Notes under the pieces: model-generated
Seen by the model: the letters and a program-made list of their open reading frames with translations, nothing else
Databases searched by the model: none
What the model was told of the DNA's origin: nothing
DNA from: a plasmid
Direction: 5' to 3' (one strand)
DNA length: 64,000 bases
Sequence record: NZ_CP118109.1
Translations under genes and position numbers: made by a program
Shown here: positions 18,993-27,458 of the stretch, piece by piece
Position numbering within the stretch: the first letter of the stretch is position 1
Layout of the letters: the number at the start of each line of letters is the position of its first letter

Positions 18993-19359
18993 TAGGTCAT
19001 GGACATGGCATGGTATAGATGCATAGGGAGTACACGATAACGGTGGATGATCCCCTATGTAGGCTATACCCTCTACCCTACCTTATATGGTGGCATGGGT
19101 GGCAGTACTATGGTTAGCCATATTGTGCCTATGTATATGGGCATATGGGTGTGTAGGTGCACTCTATCATATACAGCCCCTGTGTAGTACGCATGGTCCG
19201 GGTCAGCCGCCCCCATGTGTAGTATGCAGGGGTCTTTTTATTTATTTACACATAGCTCCCTGTATAGGTGCCCTATATAGACCCCCCTCTATATGGACCC
19301 CCCTATATAGGGAGCTGTATGTAAGTACAGCACATTTAACCCCAAGGAGGAATCACTCT
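18993..19359. repeat. repeat-dense non-coding block: TGTGTAG-type iterons, tandem (A)CCCCCCTMTATAKG repeats, and AGCTCCC/GGGAGCT inverted repeat
   Basis: cccctgtgtagtacgcatgg (19177-19196) and ccccatgtgtagtatgcagggg (19211-19232). CCCTATATAG at 19271 and 19301, CCTCTATATGG at 19287. AGCTCCC at 19254 and GGGAGCT at 19310. Confidence 0.6.
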
Positions 19360-22300
19360 ATGTCAACTGATTCAAAGAAAGCTATGTCGTCCGTCCCTAT
19401 GTCCAACAAACAAACTAAAACAAACAAAAAGGAGCAATCTACAATGACTAACAACAAACAAGCACAAATCAACAAGCAACTGGCTGAGGTAAACCGTCTT
19501 TTCAACAAAGCTATCAAAGGTAACAAACTAGAGGCGCAAATGTCTGATTACAAGTCTACTTCTGTAGTATTGGATGCTATTGCTGAGTTCCCAGGATTGG
19601 GCGTTAAAACAAAGAATTATGAGGCTATCACAGCTGCTATCGCTAGTGGTAAGGATATCCGTACTGTTATGGAGAACCCGGAGCTTACTGGTGTTCCTAA
19701 GAATCAATATCGCTTCTTCCGTGCATTCATGGAAGAGAAAGGTGCAGAGATTCCTGCTATGGTGATTGCACCTACTCGTAAGCGTGTACGTACTGTATCT
19801 GTCGATCTATTGAAACATTCCCGCAACGAAGCTGGTGAAGTGGTGCTCAACGCGGAAGTCAGCTATCAATCTCAGTCTCAGCTTGCTGATGCATTCGGTA
19901 AATTGGTTCCAGCTACAGATAGCAATGATCTACACTTGGATGCGACTCACATTGTCTATATCGATTTGAATATCGCTGATCAAGAGAATCAAGAAATGAA
20001 AGACTTGCAAATCGAGATCGTCCGTAATGGATTCTATTACACAGTGGAAGGCGTTACACGCAAAGCTAACTTCTTTATTCAGACAGCAAATCAAACTCGT
20101 CAATTGCAAGGTATCTATATTGCAGAGGACTTCATGACGATTCCTCAAGCATTCCGCAAGCTTGGTCATAGCTTCCTGTCTTATTGCAAACTGGATAAGG
20201 CTACTGGTGTCTATACACTGGATATCACGAAGTATCTGAAACGTCCAGGTCTGTCTGGTACAAGCTCTGTGCCATCTAAGGTAGTAACCTTCCCTAATGC
20301 TCATATCGACAAGCTGCCTAACATGAGAACAGGAGAATACTTGGTTAACTCTGATCGTCACTCTATGGCAGTGATTGATGATCGCTTTGCTAAGATCAAG
20401 AATGGTAAGTTCAAAGCATTCTATAACAACCGTGTAGTCACTGTATCTGCGGTTGATGGTACATTCACAGCTACATGGAAAGAAGGACGCATGACTAAAG
20501 AAGAAGTCCTGCCTATGAACTATCTGAAGCTTGGCGTAGGCGATGGCTTGGTTCTAGCTTCCGAGTCGATCTACTGGGCATTGAAGGCTGAGTTTGGCAA
20601 TGATTCCGATGCATGGCAAGTACGTATCACCCCATTCGTTAAAGGCTTGATGGTATTCGTGCCAGGCTTGCGTCAATACTATGATGCAGATATCGTTGCA
20701 TTCAAGTCTGCTGTGAAAGGTGACTTCCGTTTGCTTGCTGATAGCGAAGGTAAGATTGACTTTGGTATTGAGCTGCGTATTGCACGCTTTGCTAAGCGTC
20801 CTGCTATGAAGTCTGAGTATGTAGAGCTTCCATATCAGTTTGCACATGTATCCAGCATTACAGCAGAGCAAATGATTGATGTTGCTCAACCACGCCTGGA
20901 TGAAGCTAAGAGTGTACTTACTAATCCTGCACTGATTCAAAAGTATGCAGGGGTTGCTCACTTGGAGAAGCTGAACAAGCTGACTCTTGCACAAGCTGAG
21001 TTTCTACGTGATCGCTCCCTTGTTTCTGTATTTGCTAACTTCATGCACTATGCTCCATTCACATTCCAAGATGCTTACATGCAAACAAGAGCACTGAGAC
21101 TGATGGGGCAGCAAGTAGACAAATGGGTTGCTGGTACGATTCCTGTAGAAGGCGAGTATCGCTTCATGGTTCAAGATCCATATGCATTGCTTCAAGCTGT
21201 GGAAGATGAGAATGGAGATATGATTGTCCCTGATCACGTTGGTCTTAAGCCACACCAAACATTCATGACAGCACGCGATAACCAACACTTTGTAGAGGGC
21301 CCTGTTGCATCCTTCCGTAACCCTGCTATTGCTAAAGGTGAAGGACGTATCTTGAATGGTGTAGCTCCACAAAACTATGTGACTGCTTCTGCTAAAGGCG
21401 CATTCAACTCTGTATGTGTAATGAGCTGCCATGACTTGGATACATTCGCTGAAGGCGGAGCTGATAACGATGGTGATGAAACATTCATTACACAAGTACG
21501 TGCTATCGTTAATGGCATCATGGGTAAAGATGGTCAATCTAAGTTCTTGGCTATGCTTGACCTGCATGTAGATAAAGATGGTGAGTGGTCTTCTGGATGC
21601 CCGTTCCCTATGGAATCTGATGAGAAGCTTGCATTTGATGCTCCTTGCGTATCACACGATGGACAATTCAAAGTGAAGTTCACTGCCGATCAATATAATG
21701 ATGCATTCATTCAAGCTGTACATGAGCTAAGCAAAGAGTATGTCATTCGTACACTGACTCCTAACAAGATCGGTCAACTGACTAACATTGCTACTCGTCT
21801 TGCTGATGCTGTACGTAAAGTAGGATATATGTATGCAGAGAATACCAATGAGTTTGGTCAAAAGACTGAACGTTCAGATGCTGAGAAACAAGAGCTGATT
21901 AGAGAGATCGCTCGTATGGAAGATATGATCGACTTGATTCGTCTGGCTCAAGGATGGGAGATTGACCGTGCTAAGCATGGTGGTGCATATGAGGAAGCAT
22001 TGGCTGCTGAATTGGAGTTCATCAACAATCCTCCAAGATATGCAGGATTCCAAGAGTCACCTAAATCCAAGCGTCAATGGATCAAGCAAGCATGGCTCGC
22101 ACATCACAAAGGTGCTGAGGGTGGAGTAGACACAGGTTCTGTAATGTCCCGTGTGCATAACCACATGAAAGCATTCGTACAAGAGAATGTAATCGACAAG
22201 TCCGAAGAGATCATGAACGATGTAGAGAACAACAACCTGATTCATATCCTGAGAGCTGAGTATGTTATTGATCCAGTTATCTATGACAGAATCGCTAACT

Positions 22301-22992
22301 CTATTCGTTCCATTCGCTCTATCTATACAAACGACATCAAGAACGCTCGTCAGAAGCATGAAGAGTTCATCAAGCTTGCTGAGCTGAAATATGGTGAGGC
22401 TGATCCTGCACTGGCGATGGCTAAAGAGAAGATCGAGCGTATCTATAGAGATGATTGCGATGCGATCACCTATAAGAGTCAAATGACACTTGGCGCTTTG
22501 GAGTTCTCTTTCTCTGCGACTGATATCGGCTATGTTGCATACATGGTGACATACACTGAGAGAGGTCAAGATAACAATCGTTCGATCAGCTTCCCTTGGG
22601 TCGTGGCTAAGAAGCAATTCTTGGAGCTGTGTGCTGCTATCTCTAATCGTGAGATTGTGAAGAACCCTTATGTTGTCCCTGCATCTGATATCAAGGCAAA
22701 CTTCCGTATTGGGGCTGATTCAACTGGTCGTGTGTTTGATGGAGAGAGAATGGCACCTGTCATTGCGAATGCAGGTATGGTAACAGTGGAGTATATGTAT
22801 AACGAAGTTACTGAAAGCTACATGTATGTTGTTTATGTTCCAGTAGGCAGCAGAAATGTATATGTAGGCGACTTCTACCAAGATCAAGTTGGATTCTTGA
22901 CTGGTGCAACACGTTTCAATCTTACAGTGTCCAATGCTGAAGCTAAAGGCAGAACTATGAGTCTGACGATCTCCAGCATCGAACGCATGTAA
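19360..22992 (+). CDS. giant protein (1210 aa); candidate single-chain two-barrel RNA polymerase (YonO/QDE-1-like)
   Basis: AAGGAGG RBS plus ATG 19360. Internal FRNPAIAKGEG ...(about 45 aa)... GADNDGDETF resembles the beta-prime NRxPxLH...NADFDGD double-psi-barrel signature. Candidate beta-like K-G segment PFVKGLMVF...KSAVKGDF. Confidence 0.4.
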   Translation: MSTDSKKAMSSVPMSNKQTKTNKKEQSTMTNNKQAQINKQLAEVNRLFNKAIKGNKLEAQMSDYKSTSVVLDAIAEFPGLGVKTKNYEAITAAIASGKDIRTVMENPELTGVPKNQYRFFRAFMEEKGAEIPAMVIAPTRKRVRTVSVDLLKHSRNEAGEVVLNAEVSYQSQSQLADAFGKLVPATDSNDLHLDATHIVYIDLNIADQENQEMKDLQIEIVRNGFYYTVEGVTRKANFFIQTANQTRQLQGIYIAEDFMTIPQAFRKLGHSFLSYCKLDKATGVYTLDITKYLKRPGLSGTSSVPSKVVTFPNAHIDKLPNMRTGEYLVNSDRHSMAVIDDRFAKIKNGKFKAFYNNRVVTVSAVDGTFTATWKEGRMTKEEVLPMNYLKLGVGDGLVLASESIYWALKAEFGNDSDAWQVRITPFVKGLMVFVPGLRQYYDADIVAFKSAVKGDFRLLADSEGKIDFGIELRIARFAKRPAMKSEYVELPYQFAHVSSITAEQMIDVAQPRLDEAKSVLTNPALIQKYAGVAHLEKLNKLTLAQAEFLRDRSLVSVFANFMHYAPFTFQDAYMQTRALRLMGQQVDKWVAGTIPVEGEYRFMVQDPYALLQAVEDENGDMIVPDHVGLKPHQTFMTARDNQHFVEGPVASFRNPAIAKGEGRILNGVAPQNYVTASAKGAFNSVCVMSCHDLDTFAEGGADNDGDETFITQVRAIVNGIMGKDGQSKFLAMLDLHVDKDGEWSSGCPFPMESDEKLAFDAPCVSHDGQFKVKFTADQYNDAFIQAVHELSKEYVIRTLTPNKIGQLTNIATRLADAVRKVGYMYAENTNEFGQKTERSDAEKQELIREIARMEDMIDLIRLAQGWEIDRAKHGGAYEEALAAELEFINNPPRYAGFQESPKSKRQWIKQAWLAHHKGAEGGVDTGSVMSRVHNHMKAFVQENVIDKSEEIMNDVENNNLIHILRAEYVIDPVIYDRIANSIRSIRSIYTNDIKNARQKHEEFIKLAELKYGEADPALAMAKEKIERIYRDDCDAITYKSQMTLGALEFSFSATDIGYVAYMVTYTERGQDNNRSISFPWVVAKKQFLELCAAISNREIVKNPYVVPASDIKANFRIGADSTGRVFDGERMAPVIANAGMVTVEYMYNEVTESYMYVVYVPVGSRNVYVGDFYQDQVGFLTGATRFNLTVSNAEAKGRTMSLTISSIERM

Positions 22993-23571
22993 TAGGCGAG
23001 CCACCTATATCTGTAGTCGGCATGTTCCTAGGCATGTCGGCTACTCCTTTATTATAGCACACCCTTCGGGTAGGTGCTAACGCCATCGACAGCTCCACGC
23101 TTCCACCCTAAGACGCCCTGCCCTTTGCAGATGACGAATCATACTACTTGTAGGATGCTTTCGTTAGACGCGAAGGCAGGATGCTTATATGGGACATGCA
23201 TGGACGGCAACTTACGGCAATACAGCTAGACAGCTGAATCATATGAATATAACGTCCGGTGGGGGAGGAAGCTGCTTCGCAACGTGGACGCTGATCTATA
23301 TGAGCAAGCTCTTTCCCTATGTTGTCGATGGCTGTTATCACCTATCCGAATCGTGTGTAATCTCAAGTGTGACGCTACTTTATGTACGATGACTTATATC
23401 ACAGAGAGCTACATCCTGCTGTATATCATACTTCGGATGCTATATTCCCTATTTCGTATATCATATGCTACTGAAAGTGGTGAACCCTCATCCGAAAATT
23501 TTCTTCATCCTGCGTATGATTATCTTATGTGCTCTATAGTGTATGACGATGTAATAGATAGTGCAGACGAT

Positions 23572-23601
23572 GGTCGCTAACGCTCCTGTGGCATTGTGAA
23601 T
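23572..23601 (+). repeat. conserved junction element A: GGTCGCTAACGCTCC-TGTGGCATTGTGAAT
   Basis: Shares CTAACG-N8-GGC-TT-T-GAA spacing with the copies at 36216 and 46715 and with the hairpin copies. Confidence 0.5.
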
Positions 23602-23629
23602 GTTTAACTTGAACGAGGAGGTTATCTAT

Positions 23630-23968
23630 ATGAGTAACAAATTGCTAACTGAAGGACGTAGCTTATTCGACCATAGTTTATCTAAGGAGGAAGTACGTAA
23701 TCGCAACCTAGACGTATTTGCCTTTATGATGGATATGCTTAGACTATATACAGAAAGAAGTATCTCTGGTAGTCAGCTCTGCATGCTACATGCTAGTTAC
23801 CATAGTGTGAATATGAAGTATACTATGGGCAAGAAAGAGTTCCAGTATCGTCTTGTCGTGTTGATCAATGCTGGCTTTATAGATAGAGAGACTATAGAGA
23901 AAGATGATGTGCTCTCTCCTACTGAGCTTGGTATGAATAGATATGATGCTGTATGTACTGTAGCTTAA
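23630..23968 (+). CDS. hypothetical protein, 112 aa
   Basis: GAGGAGG RBS plus ATG. Confidence 0.5.
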   Translation: MSNKLLTEGRSLFDHSLSKEEVRNRNLDVFAFMMDMLRLYTERSISGSQLCMLHASYHSVNMKYTMGKKEFQYRLVVLINAGFIDRETIEKDDVLSPTELGMNRYDAVCTVA

Positions 23969-23988
23969 CTATATAGGAGGTTAATCAT

Positions 23989-24279
23989 ATGAATCGCTAT
24001 GATGAAGACTATAGTAGAATGGAGATACGCCTTCGCAATATGGAGGCGTTCTCTGCTGTAAAGAAGATGATTGAGCATGGAGATGTAGATGAAGCACCGT
24101 TGAATACTATAGTGTCTATGTATCCTTTGTTTGAGATGGATATAGATATGCCTCTTCATGAGCTTGAGTATCGTATTCGTCTTCTGCATAATGCTGATTA
24201 TGTTTATATACGTAATGGAGCTTATGGTTCTGAGATGGTATCCATAACTGAGTTAGGATTAAGGAGATATACTTCTTAG
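23989..24279 (+). CDS. hypothetical protein, 96 aa
   Basis: TAGGAGG RBS plus ATG. Confidence 0.5.
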   Translation: MNRYDEDYSRMEIRLRNMEAFSAVKKMIEHGDVDEAPLNTIVSMYPLFEMDIDMPLHELEYRIRLLHNADYVYIRNGAYGSEMVSITELGLRRYTS

Positions 24280-24364
24280 GTATCTATAGTCTTATCTTCT
24301 ATGTGTTCTTATACTGTATATTGTTTATATAGTGAGCTATAGTATTAATGGTATGCGTCTTGGA

Positions 24365-24397
24365 TTTTTTTCTTTTTGCCGATCCTTGCGGAACGGC
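24365..24397 (+). repeat. U-rich tract plus hairpin GCCGATCC-TTGC-GGAACGGC (copy 1 of 2)
   Basis: Near-identical copy at 26560..26588. Both lie 30-45 nt upstream of gene starts. Confidence 0.45.
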
Positions 24398-24439
24398 ACT
24401 AAAACCTTTTTAAAACCCTATACATTGGAGTGGTATTCT

Positions 24440-24649
24440 ATGAAGTTTGATGTCAAATTTAAAGAACGCATTACAGGTGTTCCATTACAGCTAATTGACG
24501 CTTTTATGATATCTTCCCGCTCTGAACCTTGTATGATCTGCAAAGAACCAACTGTTTTCATTGATTACTGTTCCGAAGGACGGCTTTGTTCTGATGAATG
24601 CGATTCTGTATTCTATTCTAAGGTTGAAGAATCTGGGGGTGTCTTATGA
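24440..24649 (+). CDS. small Cys-rich protein (CxxC ... CxxxC), 69 aa
   Basis: GGAGTGG RBS plus ATG. CMICKEP...CSDECDS. Confidence 0.45.
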   Translation: MKFDVKFKERITGVPLQLIDAFMISSRSEPCMICKEPTVFIDYCSEGRLCSDECDSVFYSKVEESGGVL

Positions 24650-24825
24650 GTCCTATACTCTGGACTTCGATAGTTATCTCTTTAGCATCTATTGTCATTA
24701 ATGTATTTAACATTCTTGCCATACGCCGATCACATAAGCGTATGGATGAAGCTTACAACAGAGAGGGTCAAGCTCTTGATAATCTAAGTAGAGAGCTTGA
24801 TAAGCTTATTAAGAAAGGAAGATAG
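24646..24825 (+). CDS. small membrane-anchored protein, 59 aa (below ORF-track cutoff)
   Basis: ATGA overlap with the previous stop. N-terminal TM ILWTSIVISLASIVINVFNILAI then a charged tail. Confidence 0.4.
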   Translation: MSPILWTSIVISLASIVINVFNILAIRRSHKRMDEAYNREGQALDNLSRELDKLIKKGR

Positions 24826-24826
24826 T

Positions 24827-25024
24827 ATGAGTCAAGAGATTACCCATGAGTATGTATCAGCTGAGATAACTAGGCTGATTGGTGAATATGATTTCCCGCT
24901 GGTTGCCCTGCAAGATGTAAAGAATAGGCTTAGCGATAGTGATGATCCACACTATGCAGCACAGCAGCTACGTTATCTTAATAATCTCATTAATGCTGGT
25001 CATGCTATAAGAAAGCATCAATAG
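24827..25024 (+). CDS. hypothetical protein, 65 aa
   Basis: AAAGGAAG RBS plus ATG. Confidence 0.4.
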   Translation: MSQEITHEYVSAEITRLIGEYDFPLVALQDVKNRLSDSDDPHYAAQQLRYLNNLINAGHAIRKHQ

Positions 25025-25035
25025 GAGGTATTGTT

Positions 25036-25296
25036 ATGGGTGCTAAGCCTATAAAGCGCCATACTCTTACTAAAGACAACGTTAAACACTTCTCGCGTAT
25101 TCAGAGGACTGGCAATGTTTTGCCTCAGCCGGCTCGTATTGTTGTCGATAAAGAATACTGGGAAGATGTTGGTGGCTGGCGAGGATGGGAAACCACTCCT
25201 ATATATGATAAAGTGTTTCATGACTGGGAATATGCATACGCTGTCTATGATGAGATCCTGCGCAGAGCGGATCCTGGTAGTGTAAAAGAGCGTTAA
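25036..25296 (+). CDS. hypothetical protein, 86 aa
   Basis: TAGGAGG RBS plus ATG. Confidence 0.5.
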   Translation: MGAKPIKRHTLTKDNVKHFSRIQRTGNVLPQPARIVVDKEYWEDVGGWRGWETTPIYDKVFHDWEYAYAVYDEILRRADPGSVKER

Positions 25297-25309
25297 TGAG
25301 GTGTATATA

Positions 25310-25549
25310 ATGGAGCTTATGTCTCCTTACTTTGAACGAACTATTATTACTGCAGATCGACTGATCCGTGGCCAATTTTATTCTTTCTATTACCAAGAAC
25401 AATATTACATTGCTGTTTTCCTTAGCTCTAGACATGAAAATCAAGTTTTAACCTTTAACGCATACACTATCGATAACAAGTATTGCAGAATATCGATGAT
25501 GTTTGCGCCAGAAGAGATAGATCGATTAAGTATTTACTATAGGGAGTGA
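25310..25549 (+). CDS. MELM-N-terminus family protein 1
   Basis: Starts MELMSPYFE behind GAGGTG. Confidence 0.45.
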   Translation: MELMSPYFERTIITADRLIRGQFYSFYYQEQYYIAVFLSSRHENQVLTFNAYTIDNKYCRISMMFAPEEIDRLSIYYRE

Positions 25550-25555
25550 TATATC

Positions 25556-25792
25556 ATGGAGCTTGTTACTCCTTACCTTAGAGCTATGTTTGAATATGCT
25601 ATAGGTGATGAATATGTATTTGTCACCTTAACTAATGATTATTATCTTGGTATGATCGCGGCTGCCACCGAAGAAGGTGTCACTCTTACATTTGCCCATG
25701 TCTCCTATGGTGGTCGTGATCACATGCTTCATGAAGTTAATTCTTGCTCTATTCCACTATCTAACATAAAGGAGTACTGGGAATGGAATTAA
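25556..25792 (+). CDS. MELM-N-terminus family protein 2
   Basis: Starts MELVTPYLRAMFEYA. Confidence 0.45.
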   Translation: MELVTPYLRAMFEYAIGDEYVFVTLTNDYYLGMIAAATEEGVTLTFAHVSYGGRDHMLHEVNSCSIPLSNIKEYWEWN

Positions 25793-26091
25793 TGAATGCT
25801 TATTTAGAGAATACCGGTCCTACCTTTTCTCCGCCAATAATGAATCGCATTACATTTCAGGATGCCGACTTCTATGTAGGTGATTTTGTACGTGTGATAC
25901 ATTATCATGACATAGATTTAGAAAACAAGACTTTATCCAGGTCCTATACAACTGGAGTTATTCAAGAGATCAACGAAGATTTACTTTCTAAATACGTTGT
26001 GATTCACGATGAAAGTACTTCTAATCAACACTATATTCGAGAGTTTGACATAGTAGGTATTATGTATCCCCCATTTTGGAGTGGACCATGA
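25783..26091 (+). CDS. MELM-N-terminus family protein 3
   Basis: Starts MELMNAYLEN. Confidence 0.45.
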   Translation: MELMNAYLENTGPTFSPPIMNRITFQDADFYVGDFVRVIHYHDIDLENKTLSRSYTTGVIQEINEDLLSKYVVIHDESTSNQHYIREFDIVGIMYPPFWSGP

Positions 26092-26318
26092 TGGAGCTAA
26101 TGTCTGCCTATAAAGAGAATACTGATAAGTATTTTAATGGTGTAGTCGATGCCTATAACTATTGCTATGGTTATGTCTCCCTCTACCCTAGTGTGTATAC
26201 TGATGATCCTCAGTATAAGCTTGGTTATGAGTATGGTGAGAAGCTATATCATAGCGATAAAGAGTTAGGTATTCTATATAGTGATGATCGCTTATTTGAA
26301 TTACATGGAGGCCTATAA
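26091..26318 (+). CDS. MELM-N-terminus family protein 4
   Basis: Starts MELMSAYKEN behind TGGAGTGG. Confidence 0.45.
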   Translation: MELMSAYKENTDKYFNGVVDAYNYCYGYVSLYPSVYTDDPQYKLGYEYGEKLYHSDKELGILYSDDRLFELHGGL

Positions 26319-26557
26319 TGATCAATCAAACTAAATTCACAGTTAATGATGTTCCGCTTAAGACTAAGAAGGAGGCTGTACGTGCTTTATGTGCCACAGC
26401 CAACTTCAATTGTTTGCATATAGAAGAATTATGGTGTTACAAAGAAGTTTGTGAATTATTTAGCATTACTCCTGATGATTATTGGAATGACGAAGCAGAG
26501 CTTGATGAAGAACATCTTATGCATGCTGGTAATGATAATTGGAAGCCTCGTATTTAA
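26318..26557 (+). CDS. hypothetical protein, 79 aa
   Basis: TAATG overlap with the previous gene. Confidence 0.45.
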   Translation: MINQTKFTVNDVPLKTKKEAVRALCATANFNCLHIEELWCYKEVCELFSITPDDYWNDEAELDEEHLMHAGNDNWKPRI

Positions 26558-26559
26558 TT

Positions 26560-26588
26560 TTTTTCTTTTGCCGATCCTTCGGAACGGC
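26560..26588 (+). repeat. U-rich tract plus hairpin GCCGATCC-TTC-GGAACGGC (copy 2 of 2)
   Basis: See 24365..24397. Confidence 0.45.
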
Positions 26589-26619
26589 GCTACATACTAC
26601 ATTTTAGGAGGATACATAC

Positions 26620-26853
26620 ATGCCTGAGAAAACATACATTCCATGTGTATTAAAAAACAATAGAGATGGTCGCATTATCAACCAGTCTTTTACACCACGC
26701 CAGCTGTTAACAGATTTTTATGACGAGAACGAGCTTGCTGAAGCTATGGTTGCATCTGCTTGCAATTGTCAGCCTATTGGTGAGACTTATGATACAGACT
26801 GCAACTGTTTTGAGGAATGGGAGAATTACAGTATTGTTATAGGAATTGAGTAA
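26620..26853 (+). CDS. hypothetical Cys-containing protein, 77 aa
   Basis: AGGAGG RBS plus ATG. Confidence 0.5.
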   Translation: MPEKTYIPCVLKNNRDGRIINQSFTPRQLLTDFYDENELAEAMVASACNCQPIGETYDTDCNCFEEWENYSIVIGIE

Positions 26854-26866
26854 CTTATCGCTCTCG

Positions 26867-26896
26867 GGAGCCTAACGGCTCCGGGGGCTTTTTGAA
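26867..26896 (+). terminator. TAAC-loop hairpin element T1: GGAGCC-TAAC-GGCTCC-GGGGGC-TTTTTGAA
   Basis: 6-bp stem and conserved downstream block. Also functions plausibly as a terminator. Confidence 0.5.
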
Positions 26897-26921
26897 TTTA
26901 TACATATGGAGGTTATTTATA

Positions 26922-27365
26922 ATGCGTATACATAACGAAAACTTTGAACATGTGATTTCTATGATGTTTTATGGCTACAAAGCATCTTCACACAATCCTG
27001 AGTGCTTCAGCTCTTCTGATCTTCGTATTGAGATGTGGGCAGAAGCATGCTGTAATGACATCATCAACAAGATGCGTGATCAAGGCTATGATCCTGCTCT
27101 TATCGTACCGGTTATCAGCAAGCCTGAAATTGATTTGAAATACTATCCAGATGCTAATCCTGCTTTAAAACAAGAGCTTGATGATGAGTTTGGCGGCTTT
27201 GTGGTTAATAACGATTTATACATGCTTGGTCTTCGCGCTTGGTATGCTGATGGTCATGAATATATCTCTCAGTTTGGCACACCATGCGATGATGAGAATG
27301 ACGGTCCATTTGGTGGCGCCTTTGCTTCTGAAGGCGATTACTACAACTATGTCGGTGCCTTGTAG
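26922..27365 (+). CDS. hypothetical protein, 147 aa
   Basis: GGAGG RBS plus ATG 26922. Confidence 0.5.
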   Translation: MRIHNENFEHVISMMFYGYKASSHNPECFSSSDLRIEMWAEACCNDIINKMRDQGYDPALIVPVISKPEIDLKYYPDANPALKQELDDEFGGFVVNNDLYMLGLRAWYADGHEYISQFGTPCDDENDGPFGGAFASEGDYYNYVGAL

Positions 27366-27394
27366 GAGCCTAACGGCTCCGAGGTCTTTATGAT
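27365..27394 (+). terminator. TAAC-loop hairpin element T2: GGAGCC-TAAC-GGCTCC-GAGGTC-TTTATGAT
   Basis: Same stem as T1. Downstream block degenerate. Confidence 0.45.
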
Positions 27395-27418
27395 ATTATT
27401 ATGTTATCCGATATATAA

Positions 27419-27432
27419 TTTAACGCATTACA
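27419..27432. promoter_or_regulatory. palindrome-family copy 5: TTTAACGCATTACA
   Basis: One mismatch to consensus. 27 nt upstream of ATG 27459, followed at +7 by TAGATT. Confidence 0.4.
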
Positions 27433-27458
27433 TTTTAACTAGATTGGAGACTATACAT

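Noticed and set aside
19087-19359. ORF-track start at 19087 extending the giant gene by 91 codons
   Set aside because: The extension runs through iterons and tandem repeats with no RBS. A strong AAGGAGG plus ATG is present at 19360.
18993-19359. CRISPR array
   Set aside because: Repeats here and elsewhere are short, irregularly spaced and of several unrelated types. No regular repeat-spacer periodicity anywhere in the window.
19930-22617. Minus-strand ORFs (19930..20361, 20554..20994, 21004..21567, 22057..22617) inside the giant gene
   Set aside because: Antisense to a continuous 3.6-kb ORF. Cys/Leu-rich low-complexity translations typical of reverse-frame artefacts.
22993-23629. tRNA or other structured RNA gene in the 640-bp gap after the giant gene
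   Set aside because: No GTTCGA/T-loop-like or cloverleaf-compatible segments found by eye. The region contains a degenerate CTAACG element and short hairpins. It may still hold an uncharacterised sRNA, but nothing supportable.
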